Positions 62,728-64,000 of a stretch of 64,000 nt of DNA are shown here, in pieces. The notes beneath the pieces are model-generated. The model was not told the origin of the DNA. It ran no database searches and saw only the letters and a list, made by a program, of their open reading frames with translations. Made by a program: the position numbers and the translations under genes. Position 1 is the stretch's first letter; each line of letters begins with the position of its first letter. Origin of the DNA: Lama guanicoe (Eukaryota); NCBI GenBank assembly GCA_013239625.1, contig MU053365.1, forward strand, positions 622,001 through 686,000. Reading direction: 5' to 3'.

Positions 62728-62779
62728 ATGTATAAAACACCTCCTGTTGGTTGTTTCTCTGAATAACCTGACTAATACA
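62440..62779 (+). mobile_element. ERVL LTR, MLT2(D)-like 3' part
   Basis: aaagactgaggtttcccagagtagaaggaattctgcctccagact...tttccagccggctggcctgccgtacaaatttc...catgtgagagtcaattccttaaa...gtttctctgaataacctgactaataca. Confidence 0.8.
62635..62730 (+). repeat. Compound (TC)n-(TCTCTG)n-(TA)n-(TG)n microsatellite within the MLT2 LTR
   Basis: Read directly from the sequence. Confidence 0.92.
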
Positions 62780-63089
62780 GTGCTCAACCTGCGTGCACTA
62801 AACAAACAGAAACCACTGACAGAGCTCTCAGAAGGGGCCACCTCAACTATACGTACACTTACTCGTTAATCATCAGAGTATAGACGCATGAGTAAAACAT
62901 CGCACCTCACCTCGACTTTTTCAGGTTTGAGAATATTTAATTTTTTAATCACTCAGGAGCTAGTTTTCAAGTCAACAGCTGACAATGCTAAAGTAACTAA
63001 GGGGAAATTAGTGGTACAGTCCTACTCTTCTCAATGTTTTAACATCATAAAATAGTAATTACAAATCACCCAACACGGATCCACGTAAA

Positions 63090-63245
63090 TAAGATACATT
63101 TCTGTATTTCTATTTACCTGTTTATTTTCTCTCTCCCACTGGAACGCAAGCTCCTGGTGGATGGCCATTCCATCTTATTCACTAATATGTCCCCAGCCCC
63201 TGGCAGAGTGCCTGTCACAGAGTAGGTGCTCAATAAATAGGATGA
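63090..63245 (+). mobile_element. L2 3' terminus
   Basis: cccactggaacgcaagctcc...cttattcactaatatgtccccagcccctggcagagtgcctgtcacagagtaggtgctcaataaatag. Confidence 0.8.
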
Positions 63246-64000
63246 AAAAATCAACAGATTATCCTAACTCATTTTATTCAAAACGCACTCGCCACCCATA
63301 GCTAATGGGCCCCTCTGCAGGGTGCCTGGGCACGTCTATGCTCAGTAGTTGAGTCGAATGTTTACCACAAGGAAATTCTGTTTGTTCCCAAACTTGTTTA
63401 TGCCAGGTGTAGTTGTTACTGTGATCGCATAACTAAAAGAAACATAAATGGATTAAAAGTGAGTGGAAACCCAGACTGACTATTAAAACCTGAGCGTACT
63501 GGTTAGAGCAACTCGATTAAAATACATCACTAAAAAACTACTGTCAAATTAGTTGTGGATTAGAGCCCTGTCAAGGATTGCTTTTTTAAAAAATAGTAAA
63601 AAAAAACAAAATTCCAGAAGACTGCAGAAGACTTCAGGGCTGAGACAGCTTCTTAAGTGCTTTAAAGCTCTCATTCCACCTCAAAGAAATAAACTGGAAA
63701 TGGATGATGACTGTGCATTTATGCAAGAAAGTCAACACGGAACATTAACCAGTCTTCCAATACTTCAAAAAAGACCATCAAAAATTAGTCAAAAAAATAT
63801 TTTATACATGTTAAGTTAAAATACAATGGTTTATGTATTGTCATTTTTCAATAATTCCCCCCCCCGACTGACTTTTTGTTTAGTTAACCAACTACGGGTC
63901 CCAATCTCATCCAACAGGGAGGCTTCTGCTCTGGTATAGGGACTGTAATTCAGAAAACAGAACGTCCTTATTAGCTCCTGCATCACGCCTACTGCAGCAG

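Overview
This is mammalian genomic DNA, not prokaryotic. The window lies entirely inside AFF2 (FMR2), an X-linked AF4/FMR2-family super elongation complex scaffold gene, transcribed on the minus strand. It holds about 30 kb of the 3' end of intron 1 (33636-64000), coding exon 2 (33503-33635, 133 nt), intron 2 (24517-33502), coding exon 3 (23656-24516, 861 nt) and the first ~23.6 kb of intron 3 (1-23655). Both exons have canonical AG/GT boundaries and join in frame. The rest is typical placental intronic sequence: MIR and L2 relics, MaLR/ERVL solo LTRs (MLT1, MLT2), hAT-Charlie and Tigger MITEs, old and young L1 3' fragments, microsatellites, an N gap (55121-55749) and several repeat-free, motif-dense stretches that may be enhancers. 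I recognised no Alu, B1/B2, Bov-tA/BovB, PRE1 or Can-SINE. That, plus the style of the young L1 3' UTR, suggests a cetartiodactyl, probably a camelid (inference). I found no evidence of a novel multi-gene system. The best observations are a 12-nt alternative donor inside the presumed Cyclin T1-binding segment, several unusual retrotransposition or repair footprints, fold-back repeat pairs in the pre-mRNA, a local AT-to-GC substitution patch and candidate cis-regulatory elements. Repeat subfamily names and boundaries were assigned by eye from recalled consensus sequences and are approximate.
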